A stretch of 64,000 nt of DNA, from positions 172,050,001-172,114,000 of the forward strand of contig NC_042999.1 of assembly GCF_006345805.1 (NCBI RefSeq), in the 5' to 3' direction. This DNA comes from Octopus sinensis. Its lineage: Eukaryota. The position numbers were made by a program, and so were the translations under genes. Every line of letters starts with the position of its first letter. Position 1 is the stretch's first letter. The notes under the pieces were generated by a model. That model saw nothing but the letters and a program-made list of their open reading frames with translations, ran no database searches and was not told the origin of the DNA. Below are positions 37,836-50,556 of the stretch, in pieces.

Positions 37836-38299
37836 TTATTTATTTGCATATGTCTCTTTCGATATATATATGCCTATACAAACCCACACAGATATATGTA
37901 TACATATACGTGAATATGTGTAGGCGATTATATTGATGCCTCTGTTTCTGCTTATATGCTCGCGTATGAGTGCATGTATCAGTGTATGTGTGCATGCACG
38001 TGTGTATATGTGTGTATGTATTTGTATGTATGTGCCTGCGCATGTGTGCGTGTGTGTGTGTTTGTGCGCTTCACATCTATTATTTGTACGGAAAATTTAT
38101 CAAAATTCTAACACTTCTCCACTCCACATTTTTCCTCTTGCACCGGATTTCCTCTAATTATTAGTACATCATTGACTCAGTTTCCTGGTAAAACTTCTAT
38201 AATGTCTATGTTAACGGAAAAAGCTTCGACATATATTTCTGTAACATTTATATTATTTCGAACAGCTACCAACCCATTTTCAACTACAGTCTACAAATT

Positions 38300-39090
38300 G
38301 ATTTAGCAGGCGCTGAAGGGAACTTATCACTATATTAGAAGTCAACTAATTATTACTAACCAAATAGGAGAAAATTATTGCAGCTAGCTTATATGATTTT
38401 ATTGAGTGTATGGCATATTTAATGTTATGGATAGCAATATACGACATATTCAACATGGTGGGTGTTCTTGAATTATATTTTTCTCCCAGGAAAATTTATT
38501 ATCCGACTTCTGATGTTCTGATATCGTTAAACTTCAGAAAGCATTCAACTTCCTGAAAAATGGTTTATTGTCTGAGAATGTAAAATTGAAACAAAAGCTT
38601 TGTTATCTCAATTGACAGAAGTTGGCTCATGTTCTTATCTATTTATTCAAGTTTTTCATGCCAATGTAGATATTACAATAACGGAAATAGAATTATGAAA
38701 AATTGTTATTTTCAGACCTCATCGTTTCAATGAAAGAACTGATTTACAAATATATATATTTACGGGAATATTCCGGAGGTGGAAGGGCAACGGTAATGAT
38801 GAATGAGAGACTCACAAACATTGTAGGGAGTAAAGGGGAGTATCTTCCTTAGATCCATGGCAGCTGTTAGGAACAAAATGTACTCTAATTATTACAGCCA
38901 ATAGGGAATGATTTCTCTAATTTTATGCGTCATTTTCAATCAGTCATAAAACTGGTGGCATTTCCATTGACACGAGTATGCTAATTAGAAAATATACTTT
39001 TATGGAAATGTGATTCTCATTCAACATAATAGGAGAAGGACGGTATAATTTGTATTTGTTACCAATAAGATACAAGGAACAAAATTATTA
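38300..39090 (+). pseudogene. Decayed calcium-binding EGF repeat array
   Basis: Frame 2: RWKGNGNDE*ETHKHC (38777-38824), LGTKC (38867-38881), YNLYLLPIRYKEQNY (39044-39088). QHGGC lies upstream in another frame. Confidence 0.55.
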
Positions 39091-39769
39091 TTTAGAGAGC
39101 AGACTTGGTTGAAGAATGAGTAACTAAAAAATCAGACACTATTAATACCTACATAAACAAATCTTTTTAATGACTTGCGCTTTTCTGTTGAAATTAAATC
39201 TGCAACTCAAAATCATTAGTTAATTAAATATGCTGTAGCATATATGTCAATCAAGAAACCGTTAAAACGTGCAATCCTAAACACAAATATTTTAACTGAA
39301 CACAAACACTAACATTGTTTACGTATTCAATCTCCTTACTACCTTAATATTTTTAGAAAATGCACCTTATTAACATTTCAATTCTTATGCGTGACATTTA
39401 ATAAGCCAGGTAGATTGTGCTATTTTAAATGTCGTTTTGAGCATTTGTCCAAAAGCTTCAAGGTAACCTATCAACTAAACTTACATCTTACCATTTTTGC
39501 AACTTAACTTTTTAGAAATAATTCATTACATTCTCAGGAACCAAATATTTACCTTCTGCCCCCATAACCGACGGAGTCCGAATTTGTGCAAAAATTCTTT
39601 TCATATCATCAATATTTAGAATTAAATTAACACAAACATTTGAATTCCGAATAAGGCCTTAACTAAAAGTTTGAAGTAATTATTTTGAGAAACGGTAACA
39701 ATTATGGGTTTAGTATCAGATTCAATACATTAATGAATAAATAAACAGGCTTCAGTATATATATCTTTG

Positions 39770-40330
39770 TGTGTGTGTATATATATATAGTATATATAAA
39801 TCACAGTATGTGTGTGTGCATTCATTAACCCATACGTTTCCTCAATTCTGAACCGATTTTCTCCTTACTTCACACATACATTACTTATGTCATAAGGATG
39901 GTTATGCACTATAGAATTTTGCCCAGAGCTCCCACATAAATGGAGAAAGCATGAAAAACGGTGGATTACACGAATTTTTGTTTAATTCGTTATATGTACA
40001 TAGTTGTTCTTTTATGTAGAGTTTTCCATGTATTTTTAATCTATATGGTCGTATATTGGTGTTACAGAATATTTTTCAGTGATTTTCATATTTTTTTATT
40101 TATTATTTATTTATATGATGTAATTTATTTATATGATGAAATATGTTGTAATTACATGTCTTTAAGTTTTGTATGTGCATTGATGTGTAGCTTGTGTTGT
40201 AGTATTTTGGTTTAAGAGTATAAAAAGAGTGAAAGCATTTTGCCGATATATTTCGACTGCTTTTTATACTCTTTTAATCTATATGGTCGTATATTTTGCA
40301 TTACAAATTATTTTTTAGTTGCTTTCACAT
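39770..40330 (+). mobile_element. Possible non-autonomous Helitron-like remnant
   Basis: tatatataaatcacagtatgtgtgtgtg...aaccgattttctcc 5' style resembling 46975-47343; internal duplication ttttaatctatatggtcgtatatt. No clear 3' CTAG. Confidence 0.35.
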
Positions 40331-41036
40331 GATTCTGATTTATTATTTCTCTGCCTTACAACGCAACATCTTTTCACTGCGAACTACTAAATATTCAAAG
40401 CAGTTTTTTGTGAACTGAAGACAATCTCAGCATGTCTTCATTTTTCGTAACCGTAAGTCAATTTCAGAGTGGTCGTACACTGTAAGCACGTACATTCCTT
40501 TACCTCTACTTTTTCAAGTGGGTATTATATTACCATTTTTGAACGTAGCAATCATGTATCTCACTGAAAAAATATCCCCCTTTGCTGTTGAAGAAAATAA
40601 ACTCGCAGAGGGGAAATTTCGACGTCTTCCTTCAATTTCCTTACACCATTTATTAGGCTGTTTCTGACAAAAAATTTTGCTTTTATGTAAAACAAGTATA
40701 TTTTGTAGTCAGTATCTGTTCTCTAAATCCAAAACACCAGTACGTCTACATTGCATCTCTTGCAAACTTATGTTTATGATCCTTAAATTACAACAACATC
40801 CAGATTGATCAGCCTTCAATTTGGGTTTTTTGTTCGTTGGTTAATCTGAAACATATTGCCGTGCTACTCATAACCCTTCCCGGTAGTTCAATTGTTTGGT
40901 GAAAAGAATGACTCCAAAGAAACATATAAACGCACACGTCCTTTGAAAGTTTAACCTTTCAAATGTTTCGTCTCAATTTTCTCAAACGCCTATGTCGTGA
41001 GAAATATTCTAATCAATCTTCTTTCTCAAAACAATT

Positions 41037-41053
41037 ATATATATATATATATA

Positions 41054-41121
<68 letters not shown>

Positions 41122-41292
41122 TACATATATATATACATATATATATATATATACATATATACATATATATATACATATATTATATATATTATATATATAT
41201 ATACATATATACATATATATATATATACATATATATATATACATATATACATATATATATATATACATACATATATATATATACATATATAC

Positions 41293-41345
<53 letters not shown>

Positions 41346-41346
41346 C

Positions 41347-41421
<75 letters not shown>
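41037..41421. repeat. (TA)/(TACA) microsatellite
   Basis: Directly visible. Confidence 0.95.
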
Positions 41422-41425
<4 letters not shown>

Positions 41426-41610
41426 GTGTGTGTGTGTCAGTCTGTCTGGTTGTGTGTGTGTGTCAGTCTGTCTGGTTGTGTGTGTGTGTGTCAGTCTGTC
41501 TGGTTGTGTGGTGTGTGTGTCAGTCTGTCTGGTTGTGTGTGTGTGTGTGCGTGTGTCAGTCTGTCTGGTTGTGTGTGTGTGTGTGTGTGTCAGTCTGTCT
41601 GGTTGTGTGT
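41422..41610. repeat. Minisatellite (GT)n-CAGTCTGTCTGGTT, about 7 units
   Basis: The unit cagtctgtctggtt recurs with variable (GT)n spacers. Confidence 0.9.
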
Positions 41611-42759
41611 ATATGTATATAGGTATATATATTGTCTCAGTTTTAGGAGAATGGTGGTCTTCTTATGATCGGATATTTCTAAAATGGAGAAAACATCATT
41701 CAGAGATAGATTCAAAAGAATGTGTGGGTACATGTGTGTGCGCGAGCGGGTGTGTGCATCTCAAATAATCTGATTCGCAGATGATAGTGAATGATAAAAT
41801 AGGCCTAAATCCTTTGTTCCCTTTTTGAATTGACCAGCTGCATCCATATTACACAAGTGAAATGAGAACCCGTCCGTTGGTGAACAGCGAATTTCTTTTC
41901 TCCCTCACTGAAATTGTGATAATACGAGGAATAATGCGCCCGTAATTTCGCAAGATAAATTAAATTTAACTGGGTTTGTTTTTAATTAGTTTATTTATTA
42001 TAATATAATGAATCACATTTTTGGCTACCATTAGTATATTTGAGTTGGGGAATAATTAAATTTCTACTTTTTTCTGTTGATTCTGATCGTTGTCCCTTCA
42101 TAACACAACAAGTAATTATAAAAGACATGCCAGACATAGAGAATGCAACTTAGACCTTCAAAAGTGTATTCGATAAGAAATGAATAAATAAATGAAATAA
42201 AAATTAATATCAGAAAGCAAACTGAAAATTCAATATTTTAAAATTGTTATTACTTTAAATCATTGTATTTAATATTTTGTTTACTCAACAAACGTCATAA
42301 ACAAAGAGAAGGCCTAAGTAACAAAAGAATCATTGATATCTATTTGAAATATATTCAGTTGGGAATTCAAAAAGAAAAACGTAAACATAATTTCTCAATG
42401 AAATGTTATAATTTATATTGACAATATTTCAAAGCCAGGACAAAATTAGATTAAATGTAAAATATAATTTAAAAAATGGAAACGTTTTACAAATAATCGA
42501 TATAATTTTGAATAAATTTCGCTGTTGTTCCGAGATTAAAAGAACAATGATTAATCATATCTATAAATATATGTAAATTTCTTTGTATTATTTAATAATC
42601 TACGGAAATTAAATACCCGAAAATGTTGTTTTCAGTTTGGCCCCTGAGGTTTCAGTTCAAATATCAATGGGTTAGACATCAAAGGTGTTCTTACAGAAAC
42701 ATTGAAACATTGAAATTGAATTCGAAATAACAAAACAAAAATGTTGGGGCATCATGAAT

Positions 42760-43230
42760 AAATGTACATGATGTCCTAAATGTTAACCATGCAAATATTC
42801 GCAACAACAAACGATTTATATTATGTATAGGTAGTATACGTTATCACCATGGAAATCACTCACAAAGCTTTGCAACATTCATACCTGCTGAATAATTTAA
42901 ATTGGGTGCAGTTATTCAGTGGTGCAAGAGAAATGATTAAGCAGCTTATGATACATGTCATGAAGAGTACGAATTCCCTTGGATGCAACCACATCCAGAA
43001 ATCTGCTGCCAACAAATTTCCATTTTCGATTTAAATGATTTTAATTTATATAGAACGTATGCGTTGCACTGTTTATCAATTCCGACGACAATCATTGATA
43101 GTCACCTGCGTGTATGTATGGAAATATTATTAGTGAAAAGCCTACATTCTGTAGTTTATTTAGGAACTGTAAGCAACAATAAACGCTATATTTACACATT
43201 GTTGGCAAAATAATAAGGACAAATACTATG
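42760..43230 (+). pseudogene. Possible decayed EGF-like remnant
   Basis: KCT*CPKC*PCKY (42760-42798), KLCNIHTC, YIYTLLAK**GQILC. Confidence 0.3.
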
Positions 43231-43557
43231 TTGAGGTACTGACATGTCAATGATCAGAATTTTTTATATCATGTAAATTAGAATTGTTCAGAACCTGTAT
43301 TGGTGGGTGTATGGAATACACCTGATCACTTTCAATTCCCAAGTATTATAAGACGTTTTGTTTCCATTCGCGTCTTAGGTCCCGGCAAATGTTTTAACGT
43401 ATTATAAAAGTTTAAGGAACGAACAACACACGGTGTTCAGTTACGATTTCAAATGAAATAATAGCGTTATCACTTAACTTCATTTATGTTTTCTTCTATG
43501 GTATACACGAATGAGAAATGTCATTTACACACAAGATTACTAACTATATTACTGATA

Positions 43558-43980
43558 GGCGTAGGAGTGGCTGTGTGGTAAGTAGCTTACTTACCAACCA
43601 CATGGTTCCGGGTTCAGTCCCACTGCGTGGCACCGCGGGCAAGTGTCTTCTACTATAGCCTCGGGCCGACCAAAGCCTTGTGAGTGGATTTGGTAGACGG
43701 AAACTGAAAGAAGCCCGTCGTATATATGTATATATATATGTATGTGTGCGTGTGTGTGCGTGTATGTTTGTGTGTCTGTGTTTGTCCCCCTAGCATTGCT
43801 TGACAACCGATGCTGGTGTGTTTATGTCCCCGTCACTTAGCGGTTCGGCAAAAGAGACCGATAGAATAAGTACTGGGCTTACAAAGAATAAGTCCCGGGG
43901 TCGAGTTGCACGATTAAAGGCGGTGCTCCAGCATGGCCGCAGTCAAATGAATGAAACAAGTAAAAGAGTAAAGAGAGAGT
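43558..43980 (+). mobile_element. SINE family B, full length
   Basis: ggcgtaggagtggctgtgtggtaag...ggttccgggttcagtccc tRNA-like head, central (TA)/(TG), 3' gactgaaacaagtaaaagagt-type end. Confidence 0.92.
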
Positions 43981-44047
43981 ATATTTCGCGACATTTTACA
44001 GCATTCTTTATGTATGTATATATATACATGTATGTATGCATGTATAA

Positions 44048-44088
<41 letters not shown>

Positions 44089-44099
44089 CATCTTACATC

Positions 44100-44147
44100 G
44101 TCTCTGATGAAGGGATATCCGTAATATCCGAGAAACAGCTGTAAGGC
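44100..44147 (+). ncRNA. Minimal type-I hammerhead ribozyme motif
   Basis: GUCU-CUGAUGA(44104-10)-AG GGAUAU ccgua AUAUCC GA-GAAA(44132-35)-CAGCUG-UA(44143)/AGGC. Stem III is the perfect palindrome ACAGCUGU. Confidence 0.78.
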
Positions 44148-44419
44148 TAACTTTTTCTTTATAAATATCCTGGAAACTCCACACACCCTCCGCTTTGTTG
44201 TTTCATTTTATTTAACATACACATACTCATATTTTGTTTATTCAACAAATGTCATAAACGAGAAAAATGTCTAAGTAAAAGAACCATTGATATCTATTCA
44301 AAATATATAGGTTTTTCTTAAACTTCACACTCGTATTGCTTATATGTCTCCGGAGGTTTTAAGTATAAATTGATTTCGAAAAAAAATGTTCTGGTAAACG
44401 GCGGGAAGAATAACATTTG

Positions 44420-44592
44420 GGCGCAGTTGAACGCTGAGTGTCTGTGTGGCAAGTAGCTTGCTAACCAACCACATGGTTCCGGGTTCAGTCCCACTGCGTG
44501 GCATCTTGGGCAATTGTCTTCTGCTATAGCCCCGGCCCGACCAAAGCCTTGTGAGTGGATTTGGTAGACGGAACTGAAAGAAGCCTGTCGTA

Positions 44593-44651
<59 letters not shown>

Positions 44652-44872
44652 ATGTGTGTGTGTGTGTTTGTGTGTCTGTGTTTGTCTCCATAGCATTGCT
44701 TGACAACCGATGCTGGTGTGTTTACGTCCCCGTCACTTAGCGGTTCGGCAAACGAGACCGATAGAATAAGTACTGGGCTTACAAAGAATAAGTTCCGGGG
44801 TCTATTTGCTCGACTAAAGGCGGTGCTCCAGCATGGCCGCAGTCAAATGACTGAAACAAGTAAAAGAGTAAA
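44420..44872 (+). mobile_element. SINE family B
   Basis: Near-identical to 43558-43980. Confidence 0.92.
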
Positions 44873-45830
44873 GGACATAACCCATTCCCTTCTTCGTAAA
44901 TTATTTGGTAAAAATTAAATTGAATATAATTATTTCTTAGTATTTGAACTATTTCAGTTATTTTCTTAATTTATCCAGTACAAGGTTTAAACAAGTAAAT
45001 AGTATTCTTCTAGACAATAGATCCACTTATTTCGGTTAGTGATCATTCACGAATATACCAACTCTAGCGCTGCTGAGGGTAATATTCTCTGGGAAAAGAT
45101 AAAAGCTTTGAATTGTTATTATCTTATATCTGATTGGCCTGTTATTACGTAACATGCTTCACGATTTAAGTATGCATAAGTTATTAGTTTTTTCTCCTAT
45201 GTTCTATATACTCTGGGAACATATTAAAACACTTTTCGGGGCTACTTTATTAGAATTCTTACTATAGCGTACTTAATGTCATGTTAGTGCATAACTGAAT
45301 TTAGGTATTCATAACTTATTGGTAATTCCTAAAAGCAAGATCCTTTGTAAGACAGTACGGAATTCTCAATAAATACGTTTTGGAGCTACATACTTTGTAT
45401 TGTTGTTACTGGATTATGAGAATGGAACCAATGGATGAGCCCGCTTCCCCGGGAATTACCGAGCATGTTACCTGGTATATATATATATCTTTGTGTGTGC
45501 GCGTGTGTGTATATATATATATTAAAATTATATATATATATATACATCCACCTATATATATATACACAGAGAGAGATATATATGTGAGTGTGTGTGTGTG
45601 TGTGTTAAAGTGTTGCAATCACGTTCCTCAAAGCCCGGGCGATAACTCGGATTATTGAGCAAAAGATATGATTTCAAACTACTCAAGTCCACTCGACAAG
45701 ACTGAGGTATCCTGAGATGGCATTTTCCGTCGGATGAATGAGTATATACTCAACAGAATATATAAGGAAAGTAGCCTTATTACTCTATGGCACAGGAAGG
45801 AGACTTGATACTTTGTGTCTATATATCATC

Positions 45831-46165
45831 ATCATCATCATCATCATTTAGCGTCCGTTCTCCATGCTAGCATGGGTTGGACGGTTCAACTGGGGTCTGT
45901 GAAGCTGGAAGGCTTCATCAGGCCCAGTCAGATCTGGCAGTGTTTCTACGGCTGGATGCCCTTCCTAACGCCAACCACTCCGTGAGTGTAGTGGGTGCTT
46001 TTTACGTGCCACCTGCACCGGTGCCAGACAGAGCTGGCAAACGGCCACGAACGGATGGTGCTTTTACGTGTCACCGGCACGGGGCCAGGCGAGGCTGGCA
46101 ACGGGCACGAACGGATGGTGCTTTTACATGCCACCGACACGGGGGCCAGACAGGGCTGGCAATTG
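45831..46165 (-). mobile_element. SINE/RTE-type 3'-end repeat with an (ATG)n tail and internal 60-bp tandem x3
   Basis: (ATC)n at 45826-45846 abuts tttagcgtccgttctccatgctagcatgggttggacgg. acggatggtgcttttac occurs at 46051 and 46111, with a variant near 45991. Class and strand are inferred from the tail. Confidence 0.6.
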
Positions 46166-46246
46166 TGTGTCTCTGTGTGTATCTGTTTGTTTAACTTTTG
46201 GATCTACCAAGTTTCATTATTAAGGATGGAAAGTAGTGTGTAGCAA

Positions 46247-46635
46247 ATCTATATGTATAAAGCTCAAGTTGTCCGTGTGTGGCAGGTTTGGTAGCCTTCA
46301 ACTAACACTATCTCATTCGAGACCATGCAGCGCACGTTGACCAAAATTGAGAGTATGATAGAAGAAGGCTTGCTCTTCATTCTGTAGAAGATGAAATTCA
46401 AATCGGACCATGTTTACAGCAAAAATTATTTACATCAAAAAGGTGCTTTTTTGTCTATGAAAATCCATATTTTTTACGAGTTTTGACTGCTGTTTCACCA
46501 TTTTTTGGTGTATTTCAACTGCAAAAATGTTCACTTGAAGAGAATAATACGTTGCATAATGCAAAACTTTTACTTTTCAAAACTTCCAATTCTAAACGGT
46601 CGAAACAAACCCAAGCAACACCGGGTGATACATAT
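46247..46635 (+). mobile_element. Non-autonomous Helitron-like element
   Basis: 5' tctatatgtataaagc; 3' acccaagcaacaccgggt is a variant of the 24321 hairpin. Confidence 0.55.
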
Positions 46636-46900
46636 ACTAACAGTAATACCCGTCGTTGGTCGGGTAATTACTGTTATTGTTTCCCGGAAGCTATATTCAA
46701 GGTACTATTACAATACAATTTACTCCTCCTGCACGTTTGTATTTTTATAAGATTAAAATATGTAATAAATGAAGTAGCAAAAAGATCAATTTTATACATG
46801 AACCTCCTGTGTGTATGCATTTTATAAGAGAAAAACATAATAATTGGTGTAGAAAAAGATGTATTTTATACACGAACCTCCGTTTGTCTATTATATGACA
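46628..46900 (-). mobile_element. Non-autonomous Helitron-like element, opposite orientation
   Basis: Minus-strand 3' end acccgaccaacgacgggtattactgttag; three ~75-bp internal repeats (cctcc...ttata). Confidence 0.45.
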
Positions 46901-46974
46901 ATAATAAATGAGTTTTATGAGTTATTTTATTTATCAGTACAGTAATGGAAATTTTAAGATAGTACATTTAAATA

Positions 46975-47341
46975 TATATACATAAATGTGTAATGGTGTC
47001 TGTGTGTGTGTTTGGGGTTACTCCGACTCCTCGCACGCCGTCCAACCGATTTTAATGATTTGGGGCACATGGGTTGATCACGTGCTGTGAAGTTCAAATA
47101 AAGCCGGAATCTTTCGAAAACTCGATACTGCTCAGTTGCCATCGATTTTCGTGAGCTCAATCGGACGTTTGAATGGAAATTCCCATAACGATGTTATTTT
47201 TCCTGCAGCCTTTGCATTTTCACGTGTAAAACTTCAACAAAATCGACAGAAAAATCTCTATGGTAATGTTTATTCAATGCAAGACAGAGGCGGGCTTAAC
47301 TTCAACATGGAAAACACAAGCACCGCCGGGTCCAATAGCTC

Positions 47342-47343
<2 letters not shown>
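46975..47343 (+). mobile_element. Non-autonomous Helitron-like element
   Basis: 5' tatatatacataaatgtg..gtgtgtgtg; 3' caagcaccgccgggtccaatagctcgt (hairpin variant, CTAG decayed to CTCG). Confidence 0.5.
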
Positions 47344-47389
<46 letters not shown>

Positions 47390-48099
47390 ATATATATATA
47401 TATAGATATATATATATATATATATATATATTTACATACATACAAATACACACTTTTATGTCTTCCCATTATTAACTATTCTAAAAGTTAAGTATCTTCT
47501 TGACGCTGCTTATTTAATTTGCTAACTTCATTTCAATTCATTTTACTATGCAATAAGTGAGCAGCGGAAGAATAAATTTCTGTAGAAATGCTCGAGCAGT
47601 TAATTTAATGCCCTAACAATATCAACTATAGTTCCCTTGTCTTCTGAGATTTCACGCTTCGGAGATAGGAATTTTCTCTGTAACCTCTGGAGTTGATTTC
47701 ATTAAAGTAAATCGTGTTTCCTGTGACAGTTCTATAGATAATTGACACGGGGTTTTGTTTGAGTATTAGCATATACACCAGAAAATAAGTGTGAGTAACA
47801 GGGAGAAAGTGAGACAGAGAGTGTGTGTGTATGTGTGTGTGTTTGAGTGAGTGAGTGAGTGAGTGAGTGAATGAGAGAGTAAGTCAGAGTGAGTACTAGA
47901 GTAATCTAAGATCACGTTTAGTTAATGGCCAGAAAAGAAACAAACGTCTGTCGAGCTAATTGAATGATATAATGATTTATAATTCATGCACAAAGCCATA
48001 TTTTAGCATAATTGATGACCCAGGGGCGTAAAAATCATGTTTTGAACTCTAGCGGTAATGAATTGCCTGCTAATAATTCATAAACTGAAGTTTTGTTTA

Positions 48100-49304
48100 A
48101 TAGTAACAGCTGCAACAACATCTAAGGACAGAATAGCAAGTCAAGTTTGTTGCGAGTTGTTTTGTTACCTAAGGAATGTCAGTTATTAAATGTAAAATCT
48201 GAAAGTGTGACGAAATTAATACTCATATCCGATCTCCGTAAAACTTCCGTAATATTATAATTTCTAATTATTGGTTTTTTTGAATACACACAAAAATTGT
48301 AGATTATAATGAAAGGTGATATGAAATTTTGTGGCAATAATATGTTTCACAGGTGGCACTGGTGAATTGAATTCAATCAAATAGTTCTAAGGAGGAATCG
48401 TGACTACTATTATGGTCGATGCAAATTTTTCTTTCATGACATATTAATACTATATTGCTCGTAAATGATGTAACGAAATGCATTAAAATATTTAGGTACG
48501 GCCTTTTATATTTTTATTTCAAATATCATAAACCCTTTTATAGTTGATAAAATAAAAGACAAGTCAAGTACTAGAGTTAATGTTGCCAATATATTGTAAT
48601 AATTAAAGTGAGATTAACTTTTAGCAGGTTCGGACGCAGCGTGGTTATAATAACCAGATTCTTATTTAGTCAACAACTTGTGAAATGAATGATGGGGTCA
48701 CACACATTTTGGCCTATACATGACTGCCGAATCAAAGAGAGGGGTGGAAGGAAGAATAGTTTTTAGTATCTGACTAGTACTTTATTTCATCCCCAGTTTT
48801 CAATAGCTAAAACAAACATGTCGGATTTTTATCTAGGAAACACGAGCACATAATGGATGTTCGTTCCGTTAATCTAACAGATCTCTAAATTTCCTGTCGA
48901 ATATGCGTTTGAACTCAGTTTATAATGTTGAAGCTATAAGTACACAAGAACAACTTTCCAGTATCCTATTTCTCGTTGAGGGGGAATTAAGATCTCCAAA
49001 ATTCTAAAATATTTCACTACTTATTTTCAGTGGAAATAAGCACACCATAGTATCGCTAATATTAAGAAAACCATTCTATTCAACCTATATGCATATACAT
49101 TATTTTATACATGGGAGAAATATATTACTATTTAGTACAACTACAAAACACGGATGGATCACTCCAACTACTAGAAATAACATCGACATTAATCCTACCA
49201 CGTTTAATATTGATGTAAAGTGTGAATCATTATGTAATTTAGAGGCAGAAACCCTTAACCAGATTGACTACCAGTTGGTTATGATTCCGCTGCGACAGAG
49301 TTAA
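48100..49304 (+). pseudogene. Decayed EGF repeat array
   Basis: GMSVIKCKI (48173-48199), CFTGGTG (48343-48363; cf. CFNGGTC), YT*....EGWKE (48715-48753), and KHGW...NNID...DVKCESLC in ORF 49089..49304. Confidence 0.55.
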
Positions 49305-49557
49305 TCTGGGGATAACAAAAAATTCAACAAACCAATGGAAATATATTTTTATGACAAGTTTTGCAAAACTGTTTTGCTAAAGAAAATCATTTTAGAATAT
49401 TTTAGTTAATGACATGTAAATTTTCAATCATCATGCAGAATGAGTGGAAACAGTAAGTAAAACAAAACAAAACATTGTTAAACTATCACAGAAGCCAATT
49501 TTCGTATAAACAAAGTAGAACAACACTGACAATTTGGAAATAATGATTAGCATTAAT

Positions 49558-49770
49558 ATTCCGAGCTAATAGATTCGTTAGCCAATCGGACAAAATGCTT
49601 AATGGCATTTCTTCCAACTCTATTCGCTTCGATTTCAAATCCCACCATCGTCATAAATTCCTTTCATCGTTTCAAGATAAATAAAGTATCAATAAAATAC
49701 TGCAGTTGATGCAATCGACTTAACCCTCCTCTCAAATCTGCTGGTTTTGTGCACAATTTTGACAGAATAT
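49558..49770 (+). mobile_element. Old, degenerate SINE family A
   Basis: cgttagc...cggacaaaatgctta, cctttcatc, gatgcaatcgacttaaccc. Confidence 0.6.
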
Positions 49771-49967
49771 TCATAATTATCAATCTCACATACTTACAAT
49801 ATACTCTAGAACCGCATATAAAGCATCAACGTGTAGCACTATACAAGGGAAACACTTCAAAAATTTGTTTGGAATTCATTTCTATATCCACAATGCAAAA
49901 TGAAAATATCGTAGACGTAGGTACAACGATCTAATACAGTTCAGTTGCATCGGAGCCATTCGCCTGA

Positions 49968-50057
49968 TCGCACCGTATTCGCAACCTTTCCTATGTGCTT
50001 GTATTCGCACCGTATTCGCAACCTTTCCTATGTGCTTGTATTCGCAACCTTTCCTAT
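49968..50057. repeat. 37-bp tandem repeat x2.5
   Basis: tcgcaccgtattcgcaacctttcctatgtgcttgtat is repeated. Confidence 0.9.
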
Positions 50058-50381
50058 GCGCGTGTCTCAGTGATTAGAGCGTCGAACTTACGATCGTGAG
50101 GTTGTGAGCTCGAATCCCGGACCTGGCTGCGTGATGTGTTCTTGAGCAAAACACTTTCTTTCACGTTGCTCCAGTTCACTCAGCTGTAGAAACGAGTTGC
50201 GACGTCACAGGTACCAAGCAGTATCGGCGTTGGCCTTCCCCTTGGATAACACTGATGGAGAGGGGAGGCCGGTATGCATGAGCGACTGCTGGTCTTCCAT
50301 AAACCTTGCCCGGACTTGTTCCTGGGAGGGTAACTTTCTAGATGCAATCCCATGGTCTGTGTTGTGACCGAAGGGGGTCTC
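50058..50381 (+). mobile_element. SINE family C (tRNA-Arg-like head)
   Basis: ctcagtgattagagcgtcgaacttacgatcgtgaggttgtgagctcgaatccc; homologous to 18991-19335. Confidence 0.9.
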
Positions 50382-50556
50382 AGAATATATATGATATATA
50401 TATATGATATGTAGCCATATGTAGCAGTTATATGTTCCACTTGATTTATATTATTATTTGATATCCATTTCATTTACAAGTATATAGAATAGATTTCATT
50501 TCAACTCCCAATTACAACAAAATTACAAAAAAAAATGGTTTTCTTATGCCTTCTCA

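Noticed and set aside
40963-41768. Long ORFs of 100-223 aa rich in Y/I/C/V, and similar ones at 5146-5415, 20378-20835, 27311-27830, 33476-33748, 51461-51896, 59733-60880 and 61193-62209
   Set aside because: They are translations of (TA)n, (TG)n or (ATT)n microsatellites, which lack stops in some frames; no coding signal.
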